64,000 nt of DNA from Octopus vulgaris (GCA_951406725.2 OX597826.1:67890001-67954000); one strand, 5' to 3'; shown: positions 36,436-50,981, counted from the stretch's first letter. Notes: generated from the sequence alone by a model not told the origin. A program made the numbers and translations.

Positions 36436-36498
<63 letters not shown>

Positions 36499-36543
36499 TA
36501 TATACTTATATACATATGCATATATGCATATATATACATAAAC

Positions 36544-36672
36544 AACGGGCTTCTTTCAGCTTCCGTTTACCAAATCCACTTATAAGGCCCGATGCTATAA
36601 TGGAAGACACTTGCCTAATGTGACAGGCAATGGGACTGAACCCGGAACCATGCGGTTAGGAAGCAAGCTTCT
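36544..36672 (-). mobile_element. Family-B SINE 5' part
   Basis: CGGGCTTCTTTCAG..CCAAATCCACT...TGGGACTGAACCCGGAACCATG. Confidence 0.82.
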
Positions 36673-36675
36673 TGA

Positions 36676-36737
<62 letters not shown>

Positions 36738-37189
36738 TTACACACACACACACATATATATTTTGTTGTCATCGTCGACTTCATCACGTATCCAAGAATT
36801 TAGCTTCTTTGCTCAAATTCCTCCTTTATGGTGATGGCGTTTATCATTCTGTAGACCAATTCTTTCATTGCAGGGTCAATGGCATTGACTGTAGGGCAAT
36901 GTTGATGGAAGTAGAAGTTGATTCTGTCAAGATTTTTGTATGTGTATGTATGCATGTTTGTATGTATGCATATGTATGTATTTATGTATGCATATATATA
37001 TATATATGCGTGTGTATATGAGTGTGTGATATCTGTGACTATATGAGTCGTATGCGATTGTACATCTCGGTCACTAGGGAGAATCATCGGCATGTTAGAT
37101 AAGATGGGGTTGACTGGGGTGGGAGTGAGGGGTTCTTCTGTTGTTTTTTTCTCTTTTTAATTTTTGGTAGTCTGCCTTCTCAATGGAAT

Positions 37190-37397
37190 TAAGGCCTGGA
37201 ATATCGAGTGAGGTTGTAAGTCGATTACATTCACCTTCACTCATCAATTGTCACTTATTTTATTGACTCCGGAAGGATGAAAGCCAAAATCGATCCGGGC
37301 AGCATTTGATCTGAGAACACAAAATCAGAGAAAAAAGAAAAAAATGCCGCCGAACACTTCCCTGGGTGCGGTAACGATTCTGACCGTTCGCCACCTT
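37190..37397 (-). mobile_element. Diverged family-A SINE
   Basis: GTCGATTACAT, GGAAGGATGAAAG, TAACGATTCTG..TCGCCACCT. Confidence 0.75.
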
Positions 37398-37689
37398 TCT
37401 CAGTTGAAATATTAGCACGATCTTCCTTCATCCGGAGCGGAACGCAATTCAGTGAAGGTACAATACTATCTCTCCCTTTCCCTCTCCACACGCTCTCCCG
37501 CCTCATCTTCCTCCATGTTGTAGTGCTCTCCCTGTCTCTCTGTCTCTGTGTCTTTCTCTTTCTCTTTCACGTTCTATAGTCGCCATATTCAGTATGTTTT
37601 ACCAAAATGAATGTGGGAGATAGGAGTAGGGAGCCCTTAATTCCGGCGGTAGCAACAGACAGTGAAACTATGTGTGTGTGTGTGTGTTG

Positions 37690-37875
37690 GAGGGGGCGAG
37701 GGAGCATTCGATTTCATCGACTCCAGTGTTTCGCTGGTTCTTAATTTATCGACACCAAGAGGACAACAAGCAAAGCCGACCTCTGTGGAATTTGAACCCA
37801 GAACGTTGCGACGGGCTAAATACTGCTAAGCATTTCGTCCAGCTTGCTAACGATTCTGCCAATCTCGCCGCCTTA
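37690..37875 (-). mobile_element. Diverged family-A SINE
   Basis: GGAATTTGAACCCAGAACG...GCTAACGATTCTGCCAATCTCGCCGCC. Confidence 0.8.
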
Positions 37876-38546
37876 AATGGTAGAATAAGGACCCAAATAA
37901 ATAACAGAAGAAGCTTACACCTGACCATTTTATCTTCGTCTGTGATATATAGACATACACACACACATACACACACACGCACACACACACATACACATAC
38001 ACACATATATATATATATTTATCTACATATTTGTGTATGTAAGTTTATGCGTTCATACATACAAGTGTCTATATATATTTTTTATATGTGTGTATATGTG
38101 TGTTTGCGTATGCATGTATGTGTGTCTACGTCGTCTGCATGCGTGGGTGTGTGTTCCTGAGAAGTTACACACGAGTATACTCAAAGACAAACACACACCC
38201 ACACACACACCCACACACACACATAAAACACAAACACATATGAATATATATAGTATATATGTAAAAATATGCAAATTGGAATGGCGTACCATTTCCAGAA
38301 GCATAGATTTTAACTTTGGTGTGAAGAGTACAATAAAAGAGGTTAAACCAGAGGTTTTATGTCTGTTAAGATAAAATCTTGACGTGTTACTCTGTTGTTT
38401 ATTTTGAAGTGTTTCAGAATTATGACTGTGTTCGGTAAACAGATTTTTCCTACATTTCAAATTGCCCTCAGAGCGCTTTGTATAGAACTGCTAATGCATA
38501 TATATATATATGTATATAAATATATAGTGCATATATAGATATTTAC

Positions 38547-38643
<97 letters not shown>

Positions 38644-38710
38644 AATGTATGTATATGTGCTTGTATATTATGATAAATGTATGTATGTATATGTGCTTGT
38701 ATATTACGAA

Positions 38711-38781
<71 letters not shown>

Positions 38782-39129
38782 AATGTATGTATATGTGCTT
38801 GTATATTACGAACATACACTATATATATCTTAATATCTATGTATGTATATATACGCACATACATACACACACAGAGACACAGACAAAGATACAAAAACAC
38901 ACGCACACACCAACATACATGTATATACACCTATGCATATATACATACCGTGTGATGGTGCTAAGTCATGATGTGTATCTCTCTAAATTTCGTACCAGTT
39001 CATATAAGCTTGGGGCATATTGCAACACACAAGAAAACTATTCAGTGTTGTGACATACAAAATTACTCTCTGTACACAAATAGGTCTGAATCGGACCCTG
39101 AGTCAGTCCTTTTTTGTCTGTCTGTCTGT

Positions 39130-39203
<74 letters not shown>

Positions 39204-39764
39204 GTCTGTCAATTTTGTCCTGTCTGTGTGCAGCCCTGTGTGGCTAATAAAGAAACATATCTATCTGTCTGTCTGTCTGTCTATCTATGTATGTATCTAT
39301 TTATCTATCTATCTATCTGTCTATCTATCTATCTGTCTATATATCTATACATACATACATACATGCATAAATACATACATTGATATATGTGTGTGTATAT
39401 TATCCATATATCTAGATACACACATAAAAGAAGTATGCCGATTATCCAGCACTAACGGAACTAGAGTACTGCCGGATTATCCATTACGCTAATGCAGGAG
39501 TTATATTGAACATATCCGAGAAACAATATCTTAATTTGTTTTGTGACTATAGTAAATATGTTACCAGGCATTGACGCTATTTTCTGATAACCTCTGAACG
39601 ATCTACTTATTTTCGTTGGGTAAATGATATTTACGAGTTCTAAGTTGTATTTCTAACGTCTAAGCAAACTCATTACAAGCCTTGACCCTTCAGCAATACT
39701 TATAAAATCTGTTAGGTTGTTCGCCTGACTTTTTCTCTAGTCCCTCATTAAAAAAGTAATCGTT

Positions 39765-39960
39765 TTAATAGCACGGTGGACAAAATGCTTCCCGCCATTC
39801 CGTCCGTCTTTCCGTTCTGAGTTCAAAATCCGACGCAATCGACGTTGTCGGTCATCCTTTCGGGTTCCATAATTTAAGTACCACTTGATCACTGGGCTCG
39901 ACAACATCGATATACCCTCTCCCCGATCTTGCTGGCATTGTGTCAAAATTTGAAATCGAT
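39765..39960 (+). mobile_element. Diverged family-A SINE
   Basis: TTCTGAGTTCAAAATCC, TCATCCTTTCGGG, TGTGTCAAAATTTGAAA. Confidence 0.75.
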
Positions 39961-40030
39961 ATCCTCAGGTGACTTTAAAACATACCTACTTCAATAATAT
40001 TGCATTTTAATATATAAATACTACGCCACA

Positions 40031-40295
40031 TGCGCACGGGGATATGACGTAGTGGTTAAGAGCGCGGACTACTAACCCCAAGATACCGATTTCGATTCCA
40101 GGCAGTGACCTGAATAATAATAATAATAATAATTATAATAATAATAATAATAACATCGAAAAATACCTTAGGAATGAGAACCCAGGTTCGAAATTCCCCT
40201 ACGACACCTGATGAAGGCTGGAGGGTATATTAGCCGAAAGTTGTGTTAACAACAAACAAGATGAGGACAAATATCTCTCAAATGTAAGTAATGTT
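40031..40295 (+). mobile_element. Composite element: tRNA-derived Pol III head + (AAT)n + hammerhead-bearing tail (family H4)
   Basis: A-box TGACGTAGTGG (40045-40055), B-box GATTTCGATTCC (40088-40099), (AAT)n at 40113-40152, tail homologous to 43010-43153. Confidence 0.75.
40203..40247 (+). ncRNA. Minimal type-I hammerhead ribozyme motif
   Basis: GACAC-CTGATGA-A-GGCTG-loop-TAGCC-GAAA-GTT^-GTGTT. Stem I GACAC/GTGTT. The C after GAAA is missing here but present in the 43061 copy. Confidence 0.72.
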
Positions 40296-40725
40296 AAATA
40301 CATATCTTTAGATGTTTCTTACTACTTGACACACTTCGTTTTCTTTTTGTTTTTGAAACACATATTTTATTAACATATTCATTTACCTTTTAATGTCATA
40401 AATTTTTGATGAAGCTATGTTGTACACTTGCATAAAAACGTTTTAGTTTTCACCAATTTCCAAACGCGATGTCATTTCAACTTTCGTCGGTGCAATGTTG
40501 AGAGAGTTACTTGATTTAATTACAACACCTTTGCTTAACAGGTTGCTCTTAGATACACTGGACAAGATTTTCCTGTAATAAATAGATAATATAATAGTAG
40601 AGTGGAGGAGATTACAAGCACTGAGCACTGTTCATTTCACACTGATCGTTTCAACAGAATGGCGTCTTTTGTGATTTGCGATCTGATAGAAAAGACATCG
40701 ACGGTAGACTCGGGAAAAGAGACAT

Positions 40726-40773
40726 GTGACCGGATTTGGTAGACGTAAATTGAAAGAAGTCCGCGTCATATGC

Positions 40774-40806
<33 letters not shown>

Positions 40807-40998
40807 AATACATACATACTCATACTCTTAAACACACTCACACACACATACGAGGACGTAAAACCATCGGTTTCGGAGTCATTAAGTCTTCATAACTTAG
40901 CAATTCGCAAAGGGGACAGTTGAATTAGTACCAGGCTTTCAAACCATAAGAACTAGGGTCGATTCTTTCGGCTAAGGTTCTTCAAAGTGGTGCCATAG
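40726..40998 (+). mobile_element. Diverged family-B SINE with internal (CATA)n expansion
   Basis: GGATTTGGTAGACG..TGAAAGAAG...AACTTAGC..TTCGCAAA...AGTACCAGGC...GGGTCGAT. Confidence 0.7.
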
Positions 40999-41039
40999 AA
41001 GGATCTCAGTCTCGTGGCAGAAACAGTTGAGCGATAAAA

Positions 41040-41901
41040 GACGCACATACATACATACATACACACACACACATAATACATACATACATATATGCATGCA
41101 TACATACATACATACATGCAGGCATTCATGCATACATATAAACATACATACATCCATATATATATGCATTCATGCATACATAGATAATTGCATTCATGCA
41201 TACATACATACATACAAACATACATACATATATACATACATACATACATGCATGCATGCATGCATACATACATACATACATAAATACACACATGCATACA
41301 TACATAGATATGTTTGTGTGTACGCGTGTTTAGATGTACATTTACATACGTACATATGCATATATGTATATATATAGTATGTATGTATACATATACACCT
41401 GCATAAATATAATATATATGTATACATATAGACATACATAATATATATGTATAGATATATGTATATATGTATGAAATATGTACACACACACTCAGAAACA
41501 CACACACACACCCTCTCTCTCACACACACACATAGCAAATTAACTAGACTAAGTGTAATAGTGCAACAACACACATCAATTCACGTCTTTATTTAGAATT
41601 GATGTCAAAGAGTGCAATGGAGTAACTAACTGTTGTCTCTGATGAATAAAACTGTTCAACGCCTACACTTAGCAATATTTTTATATATTTAATTTGATAG
41701 AATACCGGAAACTAATTTCAGGGATCTTGCAGCGTTACGTGTATTTTTATAAATGTTTATACGCAATAACACATGCAGGCAGGCTGATATATGTAACCGT
41801 GCAGACGCGCTATTCGTTGAATATATACGCAGCCACGATCTAAACACTTGCAGATTGACAGGGATACATATACAGATATCCATCTACATACACAAACATA
41901 G

Positions 41902-41954
<53 letters not shown>

Positions 41955-42005
41955 TACAAATTAATGAGTGCGTCACGTGTGCTAGTTTGTGTATTGGCAA
42001 ATATA

Positions 42006-42040
<35 letters not shown>

Positions 42041-42186
42041 CTTTTTATAAATATTTGTATGTATATATATATATATGTATGTATATGCATGTATATAAAC
42101 ATAGATATGTACGTATATATATATGCATATGTGTGTGTGTGTGTGTGTTTGTGTGTATTTATATATATTTATATATAAAATCAAAA

Positions 42187-42228
<42 letters not shown>

Positions 42229-42352
42229 AAAAATATGTATATTTATATGCAAAAATATTTATATATATATATATATGCAAAAATATGTATATATATAGAT
42301 TTATATATAAATCGAAAATGTGTATACATACGCATACATGCATACACATTGC

Positions 42353-42384
<32 letters not shown>

Positions 42385-42475
42385 TTGTTTGTGTGTTTGT
42401 CTAGTTGTGTGTGTGTGTGCATGTGTTTATGTATATGTATGTGTGGGTATATGTACGTATGTATGTGTATATAAA
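41040..42475. repeat. (CATA)n/(TA)n/(TG)n microsatellite-dominated region
   Basis: Direct reading. Confidence 0.9.
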
Positions 42476-42835
42476 CACTTATCCTTTTTGATACGTAGAT
42501 ACGCCTAATAGTAGCTTCCAACATGCACATACACAGTCACACACGTGTCCTTTTTTTATAAAAGAAAAAAATATATAAAAGCGTAGGATGGAGGTAGGTA
42601 AACCTTTGATCTTTAGTCTCTAGAATCAGGTTTGACCTGCGGCTGAGCAGCAGTTCCCACAATAAGTACAGTTTACAGCTGTATTATCTTCACTATACGT
42701 AAGTTAGCAAACCGAACTTATTTTTACTTTAAAATATGTCGAGAATAGTTACAAGGTATTAGAAATGTCAAATATTTTAGAACATTTAATGTAAGGTCAT
42801 GCTTTCTCGTTCATACATATATATATATATATATA

Positions 42836-43153
<318 letters not shown>

Positions 43154-44239
43154 GTATCAAGGAGATGTTGTGTAACTGAAACCCGAGTGTTTATATACTG
43201 CTCGTAATGAAAGCAAGTAAGCATTAGTCTGGTCGAGCCTCTGTCATCAGGGTGGAGATCATCTGATTTTTGAGTTCTCGATGCGGCGAAGTTTAAACTT
43301 CTCAGCCTCATGATCTGAAATATAATTTTGGTGTCTGTTAGCAAATGTTTGAGCAGCCACATAGATATACTCTTATTATGTTGTTGCATTTAACACCCCA
43401 TCTGCCCTGATCTAAGACATACACGAACAAATGCACCATCCGCGACCACCCTTTTTAATATGCACACATATTTTCAAGTATCACTTTATTCAATATAAAT
43501 TTACTTTATATCTACAGAGCAACAGAGGGAGCCTTGTTTGCTATTTATAACACATCGAGTAACCACCTTAAGTCTCTTTCACTGCTACTTCGAGAACTTC
43601 TACATTTATTGCAATATGGCGTATTAGTTTCTCTATGTTGCTAGGAAAATTCTATTTTCTAAACTTGCACAAAATCTATGAATTTTTTCTATACATTGTC
43701 CTCGACCTATATTCGATAAAATTTTATTTTCAAGAAGAAAATAATTTATCTACGTATAAGCAAGAAAATCTCTCTTTGAGACTGTTCATTCTTTTCGCCT
43801 CTCAATCGATGTTTTATTCACATTCTTGAAAATACAGTAAAAATGGCACTAAAGAAGAATAGATTCATAAATTCTTACAGAACGAATTTATTACTTTATT
43901 TATGTTTTTATATCTCGCCAAAAATAGTTTCTGAATTTCTTCTATAAATTTTAACAAAGCGTTTCTATATTCAACAATTTTCTGAAGACACTTATGTATG
44001 TTCAGTTTAATTTAATGTCGTATATTGTGTTCAGTAGTATTAAGGTCATTCTATGACTTCTCTTCTTTTATGCCTGTTTTAACGATTCTTAGTAACGGTA
44101 GTAAAAGATAATTAGGTGAATATCTATAACTAGTTTCACGGATTATATACCACCTGCACTTCTTAATTATTCGTTATTCATGACATCGATATAAAGAAAA
44201 GTATATTCTTTATATTCTCTGCATCTGAATGCGTATCAT

Positions 44240-44342
44240 ATATGAAATACGTATACGTCGCCATGTATGTAAGAATATATACATATATATGTGTGTGGGT
44301 ATGTGTATGCATAAATATATCTATATATAAAGATATATATGC

Positions 44343-44397
<55 letters not shown>

Positions 44398-44497
44398 ATA
44401 TACATATGCATATACATGTATAAGTATCCATCTATAAACATATGTAGATCTATAACTCTACGCGCATGCATACATGTATATATATATACATATATGC

Positions 44498-44543
<46 letters not shown>

Positions 44544-44643
44544 AAAGAGAGAGAGAGAGAGAGAGAGATAGATATATACATAGATATATATACAGATATA
44601 TATATACACATATATATACATATATATATATGTATATATATAC

Positions 44644-44685
<42 letters not shown>

Positions 44686-44711
44686 GTATAAATATTTACA
44701 TATATATATAA

Positions 44712-44742
<31 letters not shown>

Positions 44743-45006
44743 AACATACATGCATATATGTGTGAGAGTGTCTGTGTGTGTCTGTGTGCGTGTGTGTATA
44801 TATGTGTCTGTATGTCTGCAAGCGTGTTTGGAGGGAAAAAGCTGTTTGAATATTACTCAAAGATTGAGGAGGCGTCAGAACTGCACCAGCTCAACTCTGG
44901 ATAACTCTAAATAGACCAAAATCGTCACAGGGTGTCTCTTCCTTCTACATAAATACTCACAGCTATGTGCATATATTAGATTTGCATGTGTGCGTGTGTG
45001 TGTATA

Positions 45007-45040
<34 letters not shown>

Positions 45041-45520
45041 CATGGGAAATTGTATCCAGTTAGTGAATTTTCTAATTAGTACTATCCCTAAGTACAATAA
45101 ACTTTTTCAAACAGAGCATATACACCCACAAACGCATACACACACACACACACACTCACAAAGACACACACACACAGACAAACACTAGTATGAGCGCATT
45201 GTTATATATGCATACATACACACATACACTCACACACATACATCCATACATATAAACTTTTATACATACATATATTTATATCGGTACGTGCGCTCTCACA
45301 AACAAAAGGGCATTCATATTCATACATATATATAGTTGTGTGTATATAAATATGCATGCATATACCAAAATATGTATACATACCTGTGTCTTTTTACACA
45401 TGTATTTATGTAGATGTATGTATACTTATCAATACATACATACTTTTGCCATGTATATCTGTGTGCTCGCGCGTTTATGTACGCAAGTCTGTATATATAT
45501 ATATATATATATGTATATAT
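44240..45520. repeat. (TA)n/(GA)n/(TG)n/(CA)n microsatellite region
   Basis: Direct reading. Confidence 0.9.
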
Positions 45521-45615
45521 AATTAATAATATAAGAGTAATAAAGATTTTAGAAATTTTTATTACTTAGCGTACAAAAAAAATTAGTCAATAGACTATAT
45601 ATTATTCATATAGAA

Positions 45616-45782
45616 TACAGTGTACATTAAAACACATTAAGAGGCTTCAATCATAGGAATCCTATACACTCGAATGAACAGTTAAAGTCCAAACCACTAG
45701 TTAGGGTTTGGACTTTACCTGCTCTTTCTAGCGTATAGGATTCCTATGATGGAAGTCTTTTAATGCGTTTTAATGTTCACTG

Positions 45783-45784
<2 letters not shown>
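45616..45784. mobile_element. Palindromic fold-back MITE-like element with Tc1/mariner-type ends
   Basis: TA-CAGTG...CACTG-TA. Arms of ~80 bp are reverse complements of each other, centred on ACTAGT at about 45696-45701. Confidence 0.8.
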
Positions 45785-45832
<48 letters not shown>

Positions 45833-46237
45833 TGGTATACATGTATATGTATTTACATATATAAATACAGAGTATTATATGTGAGAGAGAAAAAGAGAAG
45901 AGGAAAATACGAGTGAGAAAGAGTGGGTTATAAGAGAGAGACAGACACAGACAGAGAGAAAGAGTGAGACAGAGAGAGAGAGAGGGGTATAGAGAAGCAG
46001 GCACAGAAAATATAGACAATGAAGTGAAAGTGAGTATATATTGTTCCAGTAATGTCTGTCACTATGTGGGAACAGACCCTTATATAATTAGATATCGTTT
46101 AGTTAAGATGAAATACAAACAAGCCATTCAACTGACATTAATTTACTTGTTGTTTTAAAAACGTCTCTCCTGTAATACCTTCCAAAATCTCACCCCTTTT
46201 TTTACCCTACATAATTCTCGCTCTCTTTCTGTCTCCA

Positions 46238-46271
<34 letters not shown>

Positions 46272-46611
46272 GCTCACTTGTTTTTCCCTTCTGTCATTTT
46301 GTCATCCTTTTCACTTTCACTGCAGTTTTTCTCTTTGTAATTCTCTATCTGTTTCTACATCACCAATTTATATCACCAGCCACTGACATATAGTGACAGA
46401 CGAAGTCGAAATCAATCTCGCTGTTATGTCTTATATATATAAACTGGTTGTTTTCTCAATTAATACAAGGCACTACACCAGACCGAAAAATAAATGGTTC
46501 TGCTTATTTTGTCTCCAACTGTAAACACCAACCGGTAGCCCTTATTTAAGCACACAAGAAAGACACATTGGTAGACAGACATACTCAAACATATATTTAG
46601 GTACCCAGCCT

Positions 46612-46757
46612 CCTCCGTGTTAAGAAGATTACTTCCCAACATCAAGGTTCGGGGTTCAGTCTTACTGCGAGACACTTTGGGCCAGCGTCTTCTACTATAG
46701 CCTCTGGCCGACGACATCTATCTAAGTGGATCTGGAAGACGGAAGCTAAAAGAAGAC
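46612..46757 (+). mobile_element. Diverged family-B SINE 5' part
   Basis: GGTTCGGGGTTCAGTC..ACTGCG..ACTTTGGGC..GTCTTCTACTATAGCC...GACGGAAGCT. Confidence 0.75.
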
Positions 46758-47957
46758 AAGATGGATGCCGTGTCGGATATGAATATCCAAATGAGTTATG
46801 TAACACTGACTCTATCTAGTCTTCTGTAACAATGTATTTTTCTAATACCTTCTTTTTAGTGTATTTTTCTTTGCCACTGAAGAGAATAGTAACATGTGAC
46901 TAATTTAATCACAATTATGATTTATTTAATTTTTTCCACGTTTCTTACATGTTGGTGTTGCCATTCGAAACGAACGTATGTATAGATTAAAATTTTATGA
47001 AACATTTAACATCTTCTCTTCTCCATCCATAATTGTTTGTTGAGTTTGTATAGGATACGTGTTCTGTAAATGCACGTAACACACGTTATACTTGTAACAT
47101 TTTCATATTCGAAAAATACAATAGTAAGCTACCAATTTAATATAAAAAATCTTTATTAGAAATCTAACTTTGGAACCCCGTAAATAAAAGGATGAAATAG
47201 AACTCAACCTTTCTCACACAAACACACACATATATGTGTATATACATACATGTATGTACATATGGTGACTTTGATGTGTCGATGTGTGCGCGTGTGTGAG
47301 TGCATCTGTAAGTATGTGGGTGTGTGAATAATGTTGTGGATGCTGGGAAGTGCATCCCTATCTTCGACTAAAACCCTTCCAAGCAGTGCCCCAGCATGAC
47401 CACACTCTGCTGACTGAAACCAGGAAAAGATAACGATAAAAGTGATTTATATTTTCATTTCATCCTTGACATCGATTTCTTTCATATCTCACAGTTTTTA
47501 TACCAGAAAACACTACATAAACATTTAAATTAAGCTATTTGCTTTCAATTTATCTTTATTTATAACTATTTATCACATACCTTCTCCTTGATTAACTTCA
47601 ATTATTAATATTTCTGTTTTATCTTATCTAACCTTCTTTGGTCCAATTTACTATTTCTATTTGCGTAGCTCATGACTATTCTCAATACATAAAGATTTTG
47701 CTTTTACTTCTCAGCTCTAACAAGATTTAGTCTCCATTATTTTATTTATACACCATCTTAACTATTTCTAATGAATAGGTAATGATACCTAATTCGACTG
47801 ATCTTTGCATTTATCCTATCTCACGCGAGAACATTATTTACAGATCAGCTATCTGATATTCTCATATCTCTTCGAATGTTACTTTGCTTGAAACATTTTT
47901 CCATTTCGGAATTTATATTTCTGGATATATATATTTAAAAGAAATCTAAATACATAC

Positions 47958-48014
<57 letters not shown>

Positions 48015-48040
48015 CATATACATATACATATATATAAATG

Positions 48041-48083
<43 letters not shown>

Positions 48084-48289
48084 TCATGTATACGTGTATG
48101 TGCTCATATATACATATACACACACACAAACACACACACACATATACATATACATATATATATTGTAAATGTTGGGTGCGATTAATACTGACAGTTCAGC
48201 AATATTTGTTAGTCTAGAAACATTGGCTGAACATTGTTGTGAATTATGTTTCTGCGGTTGTATCTACAGACATAAGTATGTATATGATA

Positions 48290-48578
48290 GAGCGCATGTC
48301 CCAGTGGTTCGAGCGCTGGACTCATAATCGCGAGATCGTGGTTTCAGTTCCTAGAACAGGTAGTGCGTTGTGTCCCAGAGCAAAACACTACATTTCACGT
48401 TGCTTCTGCGATCACTTCACCTTATGCGTGTCACACAGTCTACACGCCAGACAACGTCGATTTGATGGAAACAGTGTGCGACGATGCGGTACGAACATTT
48501 GATCACTATTACCAAATCACATGTGAAGGTCGTTCGGCAAATGCTGATCGCTCCATACGTCGGCTTCGACGGGAGACT

Positions 48579-48582
<4 letters not shown>
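48290..48582 (+). mobile_element. tRNA/CORE-like SINE with another distinct tail
   Basis: CCCAGTGGTTCGAGCGCTGGACTC..ATCGCGAGATCGTGGTTTCAGTTCC, then GTGTCCCAGAGCAAAACACT (CORE-like); ends at (TA)n. Confidence 0.7.
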
Positions 48583-48617
<35 letters not shown>

Positions 48618-48977
48618 GTCAAAACACCTCCCACCGTCCAATGGACAGTGCTGAGTTGTCAAACATTTAAACCAAATTTTCACAAAACAACTTGTCCGAC
48701 CGTCCCATAGGCTTCCCCTTTGAGAAACACTGATTTAACCTAAATTTGAGACACCAGCAAAAGAAGAAATAAAGATAGACTTTGTTTCTATTCCAAAGAA
48801 AAACGATTTTATTTTCGCAAATATGCAATCGAAGAGTTTAAAGTACCAGTAAGTACATCGCAACAGCTGATGTACTTGCGCGTTACAAATGCACATTTCC
48901 ACGGCTTTATCGATCGCATTCTCATCTCGAATCGATTATTGTAATTTTTAAAGACCTATTCACGCTCTGTACCGTCG

Positions 48978-49086
48978 GTATCTACATATCAAATTTGAGC
49001 GCAATCGGATGGAGGATGCCCGAGATCATAGAAGACACACACACGCATGCACACAGAACGGATTTTCTATTATATATATTGATAGA
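48978..49086 (-). mobile_element. Non-autonomous Helitron-like 5' fragment
   Basis: Reverse complement A|TCTATCAATATATATAATAG...(TG)n...CCGATTGCGCTCAAATTTG has the layout of non-autonomous Helitron 5' ends. Confidence 0.55.
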
Positions 49087-49645
49087 TATTGAGATATGAA
49101 CTAGACGCAGCAAGAGTGTTGGAAGCATTTTCGAACACATGTACACAATGTATGCGCTTTGCTTGTTCGTCAGTCGGCTGTGGCTTGACGCTGTGGAGAT
49201 GACTCTCTCAAAGCGCCGCGTTTTAAAACACCTGACACTTGTAGTTAGAGGCGGTTGAGACAATTTACCTCTGAATAGGGTCTTGGGGTAATTTGCCTCG
49301 TCTATCTATGACAATGAATTTCAGATGTTTTCAAACTAATATTTCATCACAGCTGACTTAGAAAGAAGTAAAGCATAGGTTACACACACAGAAATGGAAA
49401 GAGGAAAATAATGGGATACATATTTGTGTGTGTGTGTGTGTCCTGTTGTGTAAATATGTACGCGTGTTTGTTTTTGAGTTTGTGTTTGTGTATATGTGTG
49501 TATATAGATGCATGTATTTTGTATATACTTGTATCTACATGTTCCAATGCATTAAGTTGGTTTTCATATATTTTATACAGATGTTTAAAAGTTTCTATAA
49601 CATGCGTGTTTTTGTGTACATGTGTGGCCATTTGCGCTTATGATA

Positions 49646-49703
<58 letters not shown>

Positions 49704-49800
49704 ATGTATATATATATACTTACGTATATATGTATATATATAGATATATATATGATTGCATACACACATTCACACACATATATATCTATATATATATATA

Positions 49801-49846
<46 letters not shown>

Positions 49847-50359
49847 ATATTGAATATGTTTCTATTGACTATCTATACATGCTAGGCCACTGGTGGCGAT
49901 ATTTCTAGGAATATCCGCTACCCTATATAAGTATCTTACAAATATGATCTTAGCATTCTCGAAGAATCAACTCGGCATTTTCCATTTACTACCGACTGAA
50001 GCTTCGCTTGCGCGCTGAATTTTGAAAAATTATAACATATAATGATGAGTCTCGTGTTATTTATTTCTGAATTATAAGTTAGTTGTTAAGGCTGGTTACT
50101 GATGAGAATTCGCCAAGCAAATTATCTTATTTGCTAAAGAAATTTGAAACCTAAGTATAACCGCAAAAAAATAACAAGGTAAAAGTTTTTATTTTTCCTT
50201 TCCTTAGAAAATTGTTACTAAAATGTGGTTTTGGTCGTTTTAGCTGCTTCTTCTAGCGTAGTAAAATTACCTGTTGAAATGTAGTTTTCTCTTGTGTTTA
50301 AATGTACTATATTATTATATATATATATATATATATTTTATATATATATATATATATAT

Positions 50360-50535
50360 ATTTTCCTCTGTCTTCCATCTCTGGATCTTTCCTTCTCCTA
50401 TGTTTCCGACGAAGAGCTCCGCTCGAAACGTTATAACCCTCCTTCTTCCCTTCCTTCCTGAGCGTCCAATAATACTTAATTTGTTCCAAGTCCTCGCGTT
50501 GTTGTGTTTTTTTGTGTTTTCTTGTTTGGATTAAC

Positions 50536-50538
<3 letters not shown>
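50360..50538 (+). mobile_element. Second family-H2 element in (TA)n with minimal hammerhead-like motif
   Basis: Homologous to 5330-5508. 50402-50437 reads GTTT-CCGACGA-A-GAGC-tcc-GCTC-GAAAC-GTT-ATAAC. Confidence 0.78.
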
Positions 50539-50598
<60 letters not shown>

Positions 50599-50981
50599 GT
50601 GTATGTGAGGGGGTTAATGCGTCTGCTTATTTTCCCTTTAAATTTCACTAAACGACGGTAGAAATTATCTTCCAGATTTCTTTCTTCATCAAACTTTCCT
50701 TCACCTATTATTTGCGTTCCTTGTTCCTTATAATTACCTCTCGCGTTCGTATCATTTCCGGTGATTCTAATTCTACATTCTTATCCTCGTTTTACTTTTC
50801 TTTCGATTTCGTCTTCAACCATCAACATTCAATAAAGAATGCGTTGAGTGATAATCATTTGAAGTTCATTTATCAGATTACATATGTTTCTGTTCGCCCA
50901 CCTCCCTTCTTTGTTCCTACGCTTTAGTTTTGTTCGTGATCCCGTTTTGACTTTGTCTCTAGTACAGAGTTTCTCTGACTC

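Noticed and set aside
48718-48732. hAT-like terminus TTTGAGAAACACTG
   Set aside because: No partner TIR or TSD found.
50098-50135. CTGATGAG core-like heptamer
   Set aside because: No stem II followed by GAAA at a suitable distance.
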